The position numbers and the translations under genes were made by a program. The notes under the pieces were generated by a model that was not told the DNA's origin, searched no databases, and was given only the letters and a program-made list of their open reading frames with translations. A DNA stretch of 53,638 nucleotides from Actinomycetota bacterium (GTDB lineage: Bacteria; Actinomycetota; Acidimicrobiia; IMCC26256; VFJJ01), in the NCBI GenBank assembly GCA_009886115.1, contig VFJJ01000103.1:1-53638 (forward strand), in the 5' to 3' direction. Below are positions 1 through 9,111 of this stretch, one piece after another. The stretch's first letter is position 1, and each line of letters starts with the position of its first letter.

Positions 1-185
1 AGGCCGACCGTCGCCCAGACGTCGTCGTGACGGGACGCGAGGTCTATGGCGGCCTGCGAGCGCGCCGCGTCGGTCCCGACGGTGACGAACAGCTCCACGC
101 CGGCCGCGCGGGCCTCGTCGAGGACGCCGTCCGGGCGCTCCTCGCCATCCAGGTGGCAGTGGCTATCCGCCCATCTGAGCGTCAT
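1..185 (-). CDS. tatD: TatD family hydrolase/DNase (5' part; runs off window edge)
   Basis: Manual translation MTLRWADSHCHLD...ELFVTVGTD...VWATVG has the TatD DxHCH motif; ATG overlaps the metG stop (ATGA); typical rsmI-metG-tatD order. Confidence 0.9.
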   Translation of the reverse strand, partial: MTLRWADSHCHLDGEERPDGVLDEARAAGVELFVTVGTDAARSQAAIDLASRHDDVWATVG

Positions 186-1723
186 TGGATGCGGGGGAAG
201 AGGGGGGCGCCCTTCTCGAGGATCGACCCCGCGGGAAGGCCGCCCCAGGCCGCGGCCGCGGGCAGGCGCTCGTCCTCGGGGCGACCGGGGAGGCCCAGGC
301 GCCGCCACAGCTCGGCGCAGGCGCTCGGGATCACCGGCGAAGCGAGGAGGGCAACGATGCGCAGCGCCTCGAGGCAGTCGCCCAGCACCCCGGCGACCGC
401 GGCCGTGTCACCGGCCTTGTTGAGCGCCCACGGCGCCCGGTCCTCGATGAACGCGTTGGTGGCCCGGATGAGCGCCCACACCGCCTCCAACCCCGACGCG
501 AAGTCGTACCGGGCGAACGCCGCACCCTGGAGCGCGAACACCCGCTCGGCCTCCTCGCGCAGCAACCCGTCCTCGCGACGCTCGGGCACGACGCCGCCCA
601 GGTAGTTGACGGCCATCGTCAGCACCCGGTTGGCGAGGTTGCCGAAGTTGTTCGCCAGGTCGGCGTTGTACCGGGCGATCATCCCCTCGTACGAGAGATC
701 GCCATCGGGCCCGAACCGCTGGTCGGCCATGAAGTGGTACCGGAAACCGTCGACGCCGAACTCGGCGACCAGGTCGGCCGGGAAGATCTGGTTGGCCTTC
801 GACTTCGACATCTTCTCGCCGCCCGCGAGCAGCCAGCCGTGGGCCACGACCTGGCTCGGCGGGAGCTCGCCTGCAGCCATGAGCATCGCCGGCCAGTAGA
901 CGGCATGGAAGCGCAGGATGTCCTTGCCCACGAAGTGCACCACCGACGGCCAGTAGCGGTCGAAGCGCTCCCGATCGCTCGGATAGCCGGCTGCGGTGCA
1001 GTAGTTGATGAGCGCGTCGAACCACACGTAGGTGACGTGGCGGGGGTCCCACGGCAACGGGATGCCCCACGTGATCGACGATCGCGACACCGAGAAGTCC
1101 TGCAGGCCGCCCTTGATGAAGCCCAGCACCTCGTTGCGGCGGGTCTCGGGGACGACGGCATCGGGATGGGCCGCGTAGTAGTCGAGCAGGGGTTGCTCGA
1201 AGCGCGAAAGCTTGAAGAAGTAGTTCTCCTCGGTCACCCGTTCGACGGGACGCCCGTGGATCGGGCAGGTGCCGTCGTTCAGCTCGTCCTCGGTGTAGTA
1301 CGCCTCGCACCCCACGCAGTAAAGGCCCTCGTAGGTGCCGAGCTCGATGTGGCCGTTGTCGTAGACCGTCTGGAGCATGTGCGAGACGGCCGCGTGGTGG
1401 CGGGGCTCGGTGGTGCGGATGAAGTCGTCGTTGCTGATGCCGAGCAGGGTCCAGGCTTCACGGAACCGGGCGCTGGTGCGGTCGGCGTGCTCGAGCGGCG
1501 TGAGCCCGGCGGCCTCGGCGGCCCGCTGGATCTTGAGGCCGTGCTCGTCGGTCCCGGTGAGGAAGAGAACGTCGTCGCCCCACAGGCGTCGCCACCGGGC
1601 CATCACGTCGGCGGCGACCGTCGTGTAGGCGTGACCCACGTGGGGCACGTCGTTCACGTAATAGATGGGCGTCGTGAAGAACGCTGGCGCGCCCGAGGGC
1701 TGGTCGATTCGGTCGGTGCTCAC
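182..1723 (-). CDS. metG: Methionine--tRNA ligase
   Basis: TTPIYYVNDVPHVGHAY (HIGH-like), GTDEHG, YVWFDAL, GKDILRFH, KMSKS; GTG at 1723 overlaps the rsmI stop. Confidence 0.97.
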   Translation of the reverse strand: MSTDRIDQPSGAPAFFTTPIYYVNDVPHVGHAYTTVAADVMARWRRLWGDDVLFLTGTDEHGLKIQRAAEAAGLTPLEHADRTSARFREAWTLLGISNDDFIRTTEPRHHAAVSHMLQTVYDNGHIELGTYEGLYCVGCEAYYTEDELNDGTCPIHGRPVERVTEENYFFKLSRFEQPLLDYYAAHPDAVVPETRRNEVLGFIKGGLQDFSVSRSSITWGIPLPWDPRHVTYVWFDALINYCTAAGYPSDRERFDRYWPSVVHFVGKDILRFHAVYWPAMLMAAGELPPSQVVAHGWLLAGGEKMSKSKANQIFPADLVAEFGVDGFRYHFMADQRFGPDGDLSYEGMIARYNADLANNFGNLANRVLTMAVNYLGGVVPERREDGLLREEAERVFALQGAAFARYDFASGLEAVWALIRATNAFIEDRAPWALNKAGDTAAVAGVLGDCLEALRIVALLASPVIPSACAELWRRLGLPGRPEDERLPAAAAWGGLPAGSILEKGAPLFPRIQ

Positions 1724-2595
1724 GGCTCGGAGGTTACCGGCGCGGTCACCGTGGCCTTGATGCGATTGGCGATCGTGTAGGCGCGCCGGCGGGGCACCCC
1801 GAAGCGCTCGGCGATCTCGTCGGCTGCGTCGCGGGCCGATGAGCCCCCGTCGAGCAGGTCCTCGATGGCATCGGCCAGGTCGTCGTCGTCGACGGTCGTC
1901 ACGATGACGGGCGCCGGTCCGACCACGATCACGAACTCCCCCAAGGGGCTCAGGGTGCCCCAGTGCTCGGCGCCGGCCGCGGCCGAGCCGCGCCACACTT
2001 CCTCGAAGCGCTTCGTGAGCTCGCGAGCGACGGCCACGCGACGGTCGGCTCCACACGCCTCGGCGAGGTCGGCGAGCGTGGCTGCGACCCGATGGGGCGA
2101 TTCGTAGATCACCGTCGTTCGATCATCGGCGGCGATCCGGGCGAGACTCTCGGCCCTCCGGCGGCCTCGTCGGGGCAGGAACCCTTCGAACGAGAACCGG
2201 CTCGTGGGCAAGCCGGAGATCACGAGCGCGGCCAGGACAGCCGAGGGTCCGGGCACGACCTCGGTGGGGAGCCCTGCGGCCACGCAGGCGGCCACGAGCT
2301 GCTCGCCGGGGTCGGAGATCCCGGGCATCCCGGCGTCGGTCACATACGCCACCCGCTCGCCCCGCCTGATCCGCTCGACGATCTCGCCGGCGATCCGACG
2401 CTCGTTGTGGGCGTGGACGGCGATCAGGCGCGACCCACCGGGAATTTCAGCGTGGCTCATGAGACCGCGCGTGCGGCGGGTGTCCTCGGCGCAGATGGCG
2501 TCGGCATCACGCAACGCGGCAACCGCACGCGGCGAGAGGTCGCCCAGGTTCCCGATGGGCGTGCCGACGAGGATCAGCGCACCGTGTGCGGTCAC
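1720..2595 (-). CDS. rsmI: 16S rRNA (cytidine1402-2'-O)-methyltransferase
   Basis: LVGTPIGNLGDLSPRA, AEDTR, DAGMPGISDPG, YESPHR, ARELTK motifs; GTG start overlaps the upstream stop. Confidence 0.96.
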   Translation of the reverse strand: MTAHGALILVGTPIGNLGDLSPRAVAALRDADAICAEDTRRTRGLMSHAEIPGGSRLIAVHAHNERRIAGEIVERIRRGERVAYVTDAGMPGISDPGEQLVAACVAAGLPTEVVPGPSAVLAALVISGLPTSRFSFEGFLPRRGRRRAESLARIAADDRTTVIYESPHRVAATLADLAEACGADRRVAVARELTKRFEEVWRGSAAAGAEHWGTLSPLGEFVIVVGPAPVIVTTVDDDDLADAIEDLLDGGSSARDAADEIAERFGVPRRRAYTIANRIKATVTAPVTSEP

Positions 2596-3083
2596 GGATG
2601 GGAGTCTTGCCGGCCTGTACGCCCGTCCCCCGGTCGGCCGTCGCCCGTGCGTCCGTCGCCCGTGCGTCCGTTGCGGGTGCGCGCGTCGCGGGTGCGCCCG
2701 TCGCCCGTGCGTCCATTGTGGGTGCGCCCGTCGCCGCTCCCCGCGCCGGTACCGGTACCCGTGATCTCGACGACGTCGCCGGGGGCGAGCCGCCACCGCT
2801 CGAACGTGTTGGCCTCGGCCTCGATCACGAAGCGGGCGCGCCACACCGGTCGGCTCAGCCGCCAGGGCGAGAGCGTGGCCGTGTAGAGCACGAGACCCTC
2901 GCGGTCGCAGAACGCCACGTCGATCGGAAAGCGCATGCGAGCGGTGTGCACCTGGCGGCACGGCGCGAGCACGATCGCCCCGTCGATGCCGTCGCGTCCC
3001 AGCAGGCCCCGCCTGCGGGCCCGCGCCGAGTCGGCCACCTCGACGGCGGCGAGCACGGCTCCATCGCGCAGCAACCACGACAT
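2592..3083 (-). CDS. DUF192 domain protein with repetitive GDGRT C-terminal tail
   Basis: EVADSARARRRGLLGR...VHTARMRFPIDVAFCD...VIEAEA matches the DUF192 pattern. Confidence 0.85.
   Translation of the reverse strand: MSWLLRDGAVLAAVEVADSARARRRGLLGRDGIDGAIVLAPCRQVHTARMRFPIDVAFCDREGLVLYTATLSPWRLSRPVWRARFVIEAEANTFERWRLAPGDVVEITGTGTGAGSGDGRTHNGRTGDGRTRDARTRNGRTGDGRTGDGRPGDGRTGRQDSHP
2615..2736. repeat. 15-bp imperfect tandem repeat (~8 units, CCGTCGCCCGTGCGT)
   Basis: Visible period-15 units; encodes the (G/R)DGRT pentapeptide tail. Confidence 0.9.
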
Positions 3084-3165
3084 GGCCCTGGCAGTGTAGA
3101 GAGCCCGGAGCCACCGCGATCCGAGATCGTCAACCCGACCCGATCGGTGGCCGATACCCAGGAAC

Positions 3166-3699
3166 GTGAGGACCGTGAGGACCGTGAGGGCACGTGTGAC
3201 TTCGAGCGTGAGGCGACGAGCCCGCGCGCGACTCGCTGCGGTCGGGACGATGCTCATGGCCGGGCTTCTGGCAGGGCTCCTGGCCTCGTGCGGTGGCTCA
3301 GAGGCCACCACCGGCAACGTGTACGCCGTCACGGCTGGAACATGTTTCGGGCCGGTCGAGGGACACGAGGTTCGCGATCTCCCGATCGTCGACTGCGCGC
3401 TCGGCCATCCCAATGAGGTCTTCGCCGTCTTCGAGTACGACGCGATCGAGGCTGGAGCCCCCGCCGAGGAGGGCGCCGCTTTCCCGGGCGACGAGAACCT
3501 CTCGGAGTACTCCACCAGCCAGTGCCAGCAGCGCCTCGGCGAGTACGTCGGCACGCCCTACGCCCAGTCGGATCTCGAGATCTCGTCGATCTACCCCACC
3601 AGCGCATCGTGGACGCAAGACGACCGACAGATCATCTGCGCCGCCTTCAGCCGAGACGGCGAGCCCCTCGTGGGATCGGTGGCGGGCGCCCAGATCTGA
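3166..3699 (+). CDS. Septum-formation (DUF4190-associated) family lipoprotein; start uncertain
   Basis: Lipobox LLAS-C; GTCF...VDC...H..EV...C...PT..SW..DDRQIICA cysteine pattern. Confidence 0.75.
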   Translation: MRTVRTVRARVTSSVRRRARARLAAVGTMLMAGLLAGLLASCGGSEATTGNVYAVTAGTCFGPVEGHEVRDLPIVDCALGHPNEVFAVFEYDAIEAGAPAEEGAAFPGDENLSEYSTSQCQQRLGEYVGTPYAQSDLEISSIYPTSASWTQDDRQIICAAFSRDGEPLVGSVAGAQI

Positions 3700-3800
3700 G
3701 GCGGGACGGCGCCAGCGCTCGCCTCAGCTCCCAGGCCACGGTCGACGGCACGTCACGAGGTGGGGCAAGCTCCCGGCATCGTCTCCCGGGAGGGTGTGCC

Positions 3801-5168
3801 ATGCGATTCGGCCTGTTCTACGAGCACCAGATCCCCCGCCCGTGGGGACCGGAAGCGGAACGGCAGCTGCTCGCCGATGCGCTCGACCAGATCGAGCTGG
3901 CCGACCGGCTCGGCTTCGACTACCTGTGGGAGGTCGAACACCACTTCCTCGAGGAGTACTCGCACTCCTCGGCGCCCGAGGTGTTCCTCGGCGCGGCGAG
4001 CCAGCGGACCACACGGATGAGGCTGGGTCACGGGATCGTGCTCACGGCCCCGGCGTACAACCATCCGGCCCGTATCGCCGAGCGCATCGCCATGCTCGAC
4101 CTGATCTCGGGCGGACGGGTCGAGTTCGGCTCGGGCGAGTCGGGCTCGATCTCCGAGCTCGGCGGGTTCGGGATCGACCCGGCGCTCAAGCGCGAGCAGT
4201 GGCGCGAAGGCCTACAGGTGGCGTTGCGCTGCATGACCGAGGAGCCGTTCACCGGTCACGACGGCGCCTTCGTCACGATGCCGCCCCGCAACGTGGTGCC
4301 CAAGCCGTACCAGAAACCCCATCCGCCGGTGTGGGTGGCGTGCTCGCGCCACGACACCGTGCTGCTCGCCGCCCGGGAAGGCATCGGCGCGCTCACCTTC
4401 ACGTTCATCGACCCCGAGGAAGCCGCCAAGTGGGTGGCCGACTACGAGCGGGTGATGGCCGAGGAGTGCGTGCCGATCGGCCTCGCCGTCAACCCCCGCA
4501 TCGCCTGCGTGACCCCGATGATGTGCCATCACGACGCCGAGACCGCGCTGCGGATGGGCCTCGAGGGCGCCAACTTCTTCGGCTACTCGCTGGCGCACTA
4601 CTACATCTTCGGCGAGCACGTTCCGGCGCAGACCCACGTGTGGGAAGAGTTCCAGGCCAAGCGCGACGAGATGGGCTACTCCGCCGAGGTTGCCGTCGCT
4701 CTCGAGCGCGAGGTCCTCGGGGCCAAGATCGCCGCCGGCCAGATCGAGGGCCTGCGGGGCGCCATCGGCACACCCGACCAGATCCGCGAGTTCCTGCGTC
4801 GCTACGAGGCGGCCGGCATCGACCAGGTGATCTTCGTCATGCAGTCGGGCCGCAACCGCCACGAGGACATCATGTCTTCGCTGGAGCTGTTCGCGGCCGA
4901 GGTCATGCCCGAGTTCGCCGACCGGGCCGACGCGTTCGACACGGCCAAGGCCGTCCGCTTGGAGCCGGCGATCGCCGCAGCCTTGGCCCGCAAGGTCGAC
5001 GACCGTCCCGCCATGCCCGACGGCTACACGCTCACCGCGCTCCCCAAGCAGTTCCTCCAAGCCGCCGGCGGCGACGAGCTCGTCGAAGCCGTCGCATCGT
5101 CGACCGCCAAGGGCGACTCGTCGCTGCTATCCAAGCTCGGCGAAGCCGAAACCGAAGCCGGCCGCTAG
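3801..5168 (+). CDS. LLM-class (luciferase-like) flavin-dependent oxidoreductase
   Basis: MRFGLFYEHQ, WEVEHHFLEEYSHSSAPE, HPARIAERIAMLDLISGGRVEFG, PKPYQKPHPP. Confidence 0.92.
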   Translation: MRFGLFYEHQIPRPWGPEAERQLLADALDQIELADRLGFDYLWEVEHHFLEEYSHSSAPEVFLGAASQRTTRMRLGHGIVLTAPAYNHPARIAERIAMLDLISGGRVEFGSGESGSISELGGFGIDPALKREQWREGLQVALRCMTEEPFTGHDGAFVTMPPRNVVPKPYQKPHPPVWVACSRHDTVLLAAREGIGALTFTFIDPEEAAKWVADYERVMAEECVPIGLAVNPRIACVTPMMCHHDAETALRMGLEGANFFGYSLAHYYIFGEHVPAQTHVWEEFQAKRDEMGYSAEVAVALEREVLGAKIAAGQIEGLRGAIGTPDQIREFLRRYEAAGIDQVIFVMQSGRNRHEDIMSSLELFAAEVMPEFADRADAFDTAKAVRLEPAIAAALARKVDDRPAMPDGYTLTALPKQFLQAAGGDELVEAVASSTAKGDSSLLSKLGEAETEAGR

Positions 5169-5289
5169 CCCATACGACGGCGCCGCGAACCCCTCGTCGA
5201 GCTGGTCGTAGTAACCGAACAGCGAGATCGATGCCGCAGCGGAACTCGACGGGTTCCTCGCCGTCTGCCCTGGCACTCCCTGCCGTCGA

Positions 5290-5332
5290 TTCTTCGCGCT
5301 TCTTCACCAGGGGTGCGCGAAATCGCGAAGAA
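5290..5332. repeat. Imperfect palindrome (REP-like hairpin)
   Basis: TTCTTCGCG (5290-5298) pairs with CGCGAAGAA (5324-5332); inner CACC-AGG-GGTG. Confidence 0.65.
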
Positions 5333-5344
5333 ACGCCCGGCTGT

Positions 5345-6885
5345 CGCCGATCGCCGGTGACGATGCCCGTGGACGTGATCTCGGAGATGGCGTCGGTGAT
5401 CAGCTCGACGTTGTCGCGCTTGAGCGCGGCGACCCACACGCCGTTGTCGAGCACGACCCGTTTCGACGTGGGCGGATACGGCGGCACGACCTCAGCCAGC
5501 AGATCGGGACGGTCGGCGAACATGACGTCGAACCACATCGTGAGCAGCTCGCGCAGCTCCTGGTTGGCTTGGCCGACCGAGCGGGTCATGTCGGGCCAGT
5601 CGTCGTCGACACGACAACTCGGCAGCATCCCCTCGGCAGCGCGCCAGAACAGCTGGAACCGGTGCCAGTGCGCATATCCCGGGACGTGCGCGAGGAGCCA
5701 ACGCATGCCCGGGGTGACCTCGGCGTGGTAGTCGAGCACGGGGAAGAACCAGTTGGGCGTGCGTTGGTACACGTCGAGTCGCGCCAGCTTCCCGGCGATC
5801 TCGGGGACGAGCTGCACCGAGCTGGCGCCCGTCCCGATCACCGCCACCCGCTTGCCGGTGAGGTCGACGTCGTGGTTCCAGCGCGACGAGTGCCACGACG
5901 GGCCGGCGAAGGTGTCGACGCCGGCGACGGCGGGCATCTTGGGCCGATTGAGCTGACCGACGGCGCTCACGACGGCCTGGGCCTCGATGGTCTCGTCGCC
6001 ATGGGCCGTGGCGAGCTCGAGGGTCCAACGCGCCCGAGCCTCGTCGTAGGTCATCGCCGTGACCTCGGTGCCGAAGCGGATGCGGTCGCGCAGGCCGAAG
6101 TCGTCGGCGAAACGGCGGAAGTACCCGAGGAGGGCCGGGCCGGTGGAGAAGTGGTGCGACCAGTCGTGGCGCTGGGCGAACGAGTAGCTGTAGCAATGGT
6201 TGCTGATGTCGACGCGACATCCCGGGTAGCTGTTCTCGAGCCAGGTACCGCCGACATCGTCGTTCTTCTCGATGATCACGAACGGTACGCCCGCCTGGTC
6301 GAGCCGATGTGCGGCGAGCAGGCCCGACATGCCCGCGCCGACGATCACCGTCGTGAAAGCTCGCTCGGGCGCCAGGTCGTCCTTGTGCCACATGGGCGCG
6401 CGTAGATCGTCGCCGGTGACCGAGAGCTCCTCGCGCATCATCGGCACGTAGTCGTCGCCCACGGTCTGGCCGACCGCCTGCTCCATCAGCCGGTTGATCG
6501 TGTCGGCATCGGGCTGCGGCGCAAGCCGGCACCCGCTGTCGCGATAACGCGCCAGCGTGGCGGCCGCGAGCTCGATGATCGCGCTGCGCTGCTCGGGCGA
6601 GTAGCCGTTGTTCGGCTCGCGCACCTTGAGGGGATCGGGTGCGAGGTCGTCGCGCAGCAACGACAGATCGCCGGTGAGCGCTGCCAATGCAGGCAACAGC
6701 GCCGGGAGCTCGGCCGTCTCGACGGCCGCTCGGATGAACTCGTCGTCCTCGGTGATCGGCGTGATCGGCGTGTTCGGCGTGATCGGCGTGATCGGCGCGT
6801 TCGGCGTGATCGGTGTCTTCGGCGTCTTCGGCGTGTTCGGCGTGTTCGGCGTGTTCGGCGTGGTCAGGTCGACGCCTCGGGTCAC
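5345..6885 (-). pseudogene. Baeyer-Villiger/4-hydroxyacetophenone monooxygenase-like flavoprotein, C-terminally truncated
   Basis: GAGMSG, GGTWLENSYPG, FAGPSWHSSRW fingerprint, GTGAS, QRTP; recognisable similarity stops at ITSTGIVTGD, before the expected D-x-I-x-x-A-T-G-F region; the frame then runs through unrelated DNA to 5032. Confidence 0.75.
6751..6862. repeat. 9-bp tandem repeat (~12-13 units CGGCGTG[TA]T) encoding a TPN/TPK/TPI N-terminal extension
   Basis: Directly visible; TPNTPNTPNTPKTPKTPITPNAPITPITPNTPITPIT. Confidence 0.95.
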
Positions 6886-7349
6886 GTCGATGGGCCCTGC
6901 GCCGACCCCTCACCCGTGTCGGACGGCTGCGGGTCGCCCGTCGCCGATGTCTCGTCGGTCGTCGCGAACTCGAGCGACAGGGAGTTCATGCAGTAGCGCA
7001 GACCTGTGGGACGGGGCCCGTCGGGGAAGACGTGCCCGAGGTGCGAATCGCAACGGGCACAACGACTCTCGGTGCGGCGCATCCCGTGGGTCGTGTCGTC
7101 GATCTCCTTCACGGCGTCGGGCCCGACCGGCTCCCAGAAGCTGGGCCAGCCCGAGCCCGATTCGAACTTGGTGTCGCTCGTGAACAGGTCGTTGCCGCAC
7201 GCCCCGCACTGGTAGATGCCCGTCTGCTTGTTGTGCAGCAGGGCGCCCGTCCCCGCCCGCTCGGTGCCGCCTCTGCGCAGCACGGCAAAACGCTCCGGCC
7301 CGAGCTTGTCGAGCCATTCCTTGTCGCTGAGTTCGATCTTGTCGCTCAT
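6882..7349 (-). CDS. msrB: Peptide-methionine (R)-S-oxide reductase
   Basis: GTERAGTG, CxxC, KFESGSGWPSF, HLGHVFPDGP, RYCMNS. Confidence 0.97.
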   Translation of the reverse strand: MSDKIELSDKEWLDKLGPERFAVLRRGGTERAGTGALLHNKQTGIYQCGACGNDLFTSDTKFESGSGWPSFWEPVGPDAVKEIDDTTHGMRRTESRCARCDSHLGHVFPDGPRPTGLRYCMNSLSLEFATTDETSATGDPQPSDTGEGSAQGPST

Positions 7350-7391
7350 GCCGTGCAGTCTGGCACCTCGGCAGTTCGCCGCGGCGGGCGC

Positions 7392-7790
7392 TCAGGTGAG
7401 CGAGGCCGGATGAACTCTCAGCACCGTGTGACGGCTCAGCGTCGCGAAGTCGGAATCGAAGTGGAGGACGGGGGCGTCCGCTCGGATGGCGACTGCAGCG
7501 ATCAGGCAGTCGATGAGCTTGCGGACCGGCTCGCCGCTGCGGCGGCATGCCCGGTACAACGCTGCTGCCTCGTCGTAGTCGCCGGGCTCCATCGAGATCA
7601 CACGAGCCCGACCCAGCAATCTCCTGAGCTGGCTGAGATGCCGCTCGTCGCGTGCTCCTGCGAGCACCTCCATGCTGACCACGTCGCAGATCGCCATGTC
7701 GTCACCGAGGAGCAGGTCGACCGCGTCACACGTGACCGACCCGGTGTCGCGGAGGAACTCGACCCAGGCTGAAGTGTCGATGAGGATCAT
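7392..7790 (-). CDS. vapC: VapC PIN-domain toxin
   Basis: ILIDTSAW...MEVLAG...LIDCLIAA...HFDSDF, all PIN acidic residues present; ATGA overlap with the antitoxin. Confidence 0.93.
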   Translation of the reverse strand: MILIDTSAWVEFLRDTGSVTCDAVDLLLGDDMAICDVVSMEVLAGARDERHLSQLRRLLGRARVISMEPGDYDEAAALYRACRRSGEPVRKLIDCLIAAVAIRADAPVLHFDSDFATLSRHTVLRVHPASLT

Positions 7791-7990
7791 CCGGCGCGGC
7801 TGGCCCGAATGCCTTCGAGATCGCCATCCCAACCGGAACCTCGGAGCCGGCGGGCGTCGTCGAGATCGAGGGGCTCGGCGGCCAGCTTCCGGAGGGCCAA
7901 GTTGACCGCATCGCGCTTGGTGGCCAGCTGGTAGCGCTCCATCACCGCCCGGCACGCCTCGTCGTCGATGTCGATGTTCGTCCGGCTCAT
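7787..7990 (-). CDS. vapB: VapB antitoxin
   Basis: MSRTNIDIDDE...TKRDAVNLALR, the actinobacterial VapB pattern. Confidence 0.92.
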   Translation of the reverse strand: MSRTNIDIDDEACRAVMERYQLATKRDAVNLALRKLAAEPLDLDDARRLRGSGWDGDLEGIRASRAG

Positions 7991-8039
7991 ACACCTATTT
8001 TACACCATAGAAACACCAGCGCGACACCATCGGGGCACC
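7991..8039 (-). promoter_or_regulatory. Putative leaderless promoter/operator of vapBC-1: five (A/G)CACC boxes at 11-bp period
   Basis: ACACC at 7991, 8002, 8013, 8024 and GCACC at 8035; minus-strand TAAAAT lies 6 nt before the ATG. Confidence 0.65.
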
Positions 8040-8110
8040 CGTCCCCGCAGGCAGTCGACCAGCCCGTCGCTCATCTGCCGGACGGTCGGTCGTCGCCACC
8101 TGACGGACAA

Positions 8111-8155
8111 CGGCGCTGTATGTGGTGCTGTATGCGGCGCTGTATAATGTGCCAC
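8111..8155 (+). promoter_or_regulatory. Putative leaderless promoter/operator of vapBC-2: 3x12-bp repeat overlapping TATAAT
   Basis: CGGCGCTGTATG/TGGTGCTGTATG/CGGCGCTGTATA; TATAAT 8143-8148, 7 nt before GTG 8156. Confidence 0.7.
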
Positions 8156-8377
8156 GTGACGGCGACGAGAACGCAGATCTACCTGACCACCGAGCAACGT
8201 CGACGTATCGACGAGATCACCTCGACGCAGGGGACCACCCTCGCCGACGTGGTCAGGAGAGCGCTCGACCGCTACCTCGCCGACGAGCAAGCCGACCCGG
8301 CCAGTGCGCTCGCTTCGACATTCGGCGCCGCGCCCGGGATCGACATCCCCGATCGCGACGAGTGGGGCCGTGGCTGA
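8156..8377 (+). CDS. vapB: Ribbon-helix-helix (CopG-like) antitoxin
   Basis: TRTQIYLT...TLADVVRRALDRYL RHH pattern directly upstream of a PIN gene. Confidence 0.88.
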   Translation: MTATRTQIYLTTEQRRRIDEITSTQGTTLADVVRRALDRYLADEQADPASALASTFGAAPGIDIPDRDEWGRG

Positions 8378-8717
8378 CGTCCTCGTCCACACCGACATCT
8401 TCATCGATCACCTGCGCGGCGCCCACCAGCTGAAGCCGGGCAAGCACCGCCTCCACTACTCGGTGGTGACGCGGGCCGAGCTGTTCGCGGGGACGACCGC
8501 CATCGACGCCGTGAGCAGGCTGTTGGCCCCGTTCCGGGAGCTGCCGGTCGATCGGGCGGTCGCCGAGCGGGCCGGTCGCATTCGGCGCGACACCCGCATC
8601 CGCTTGCCCGATGCGCTCATCGCGGCGACGGCGTTGGAGCACGGCCTCGGCCTGGCCACCCGCAACCGATCCGACTTCGCCACCGTCGCCGGCCTCCGGC
8701 TCCGGGCGCTGCCGTAG
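8370..8717 (+). CDS. vapC: VapC PIN-domain toxin (first catalytic Asp appears replaced by His)
   Basis: VLVHTDIFID...TRAELFAG...LPDALIAATAL...TRNRSDF. Confidence 0.88.
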   Translation: MADVLVHTDIFIDHLRGAHQLKPGKHRLHYSVVTRAELFAGTTAIDAVSRLLAPFRELPVDRAVAERAGRIRRDTRIRLPDALIAATALEHGLGLATRNRSDFATVAGLRLRALP

Positions 8718-8753
8718 CTCGGTGTCGCCGCGCTGTGACCCCGGCGTCCGGTC

Positions 8754-8995
8754 TCACCAGGAGATGGTGACGTCGATGACGCCCGTCTCGAGCTCGGCGA
8801 TGACCTCGAACTGGTCGGGGTGCATGTCGATCACCCTGCCGGCGCCGTTGGCGGCGCCGTAGGGGCCACGGTCGTTGACGGTGCACGTGACGCTCGCGCC
8901 GGTGTCGTCGTTGGTGACCGTGACAACCGTGCCGATGGGCAACGTCCTGTGCGCGCACCCGAGACCGGGGCGTGGGCGTAGAACGTGGCCCCGGA
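8754..8995 (-). pseudogene. RlpA-like double-psi beta-barrel remnant, frameshifted
   Basis: CAHRTLPIGTVVTVTN...VNDRGPY...VIDM; the upstream ATFY motif lies in another frame; no signal peptide or clear start. Confidence 0.7.
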
Positions 8996-9009
8996 CCGAC
9001 CTCGGAGCA

Positions 9010-9090
9010 GCGCCGAACCTGTGCTGGCGCCGAACCGCAGCGCCGAACCGCAGCGCCGAACCGCAGCCCTGAACGGCAGCGCCGAAGCTC
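9010..9090. repeat. 13-bp tandem repeat GCGCCGAACCGCA (3 perfect + 3 degenerate/partial)
   Basis: Perfect units at 9027, 9040, 9053. Confidence 0.9.
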
Positions 9091-9111
9091 GACGCGCTCT
9101 GCGCTGGTGCG

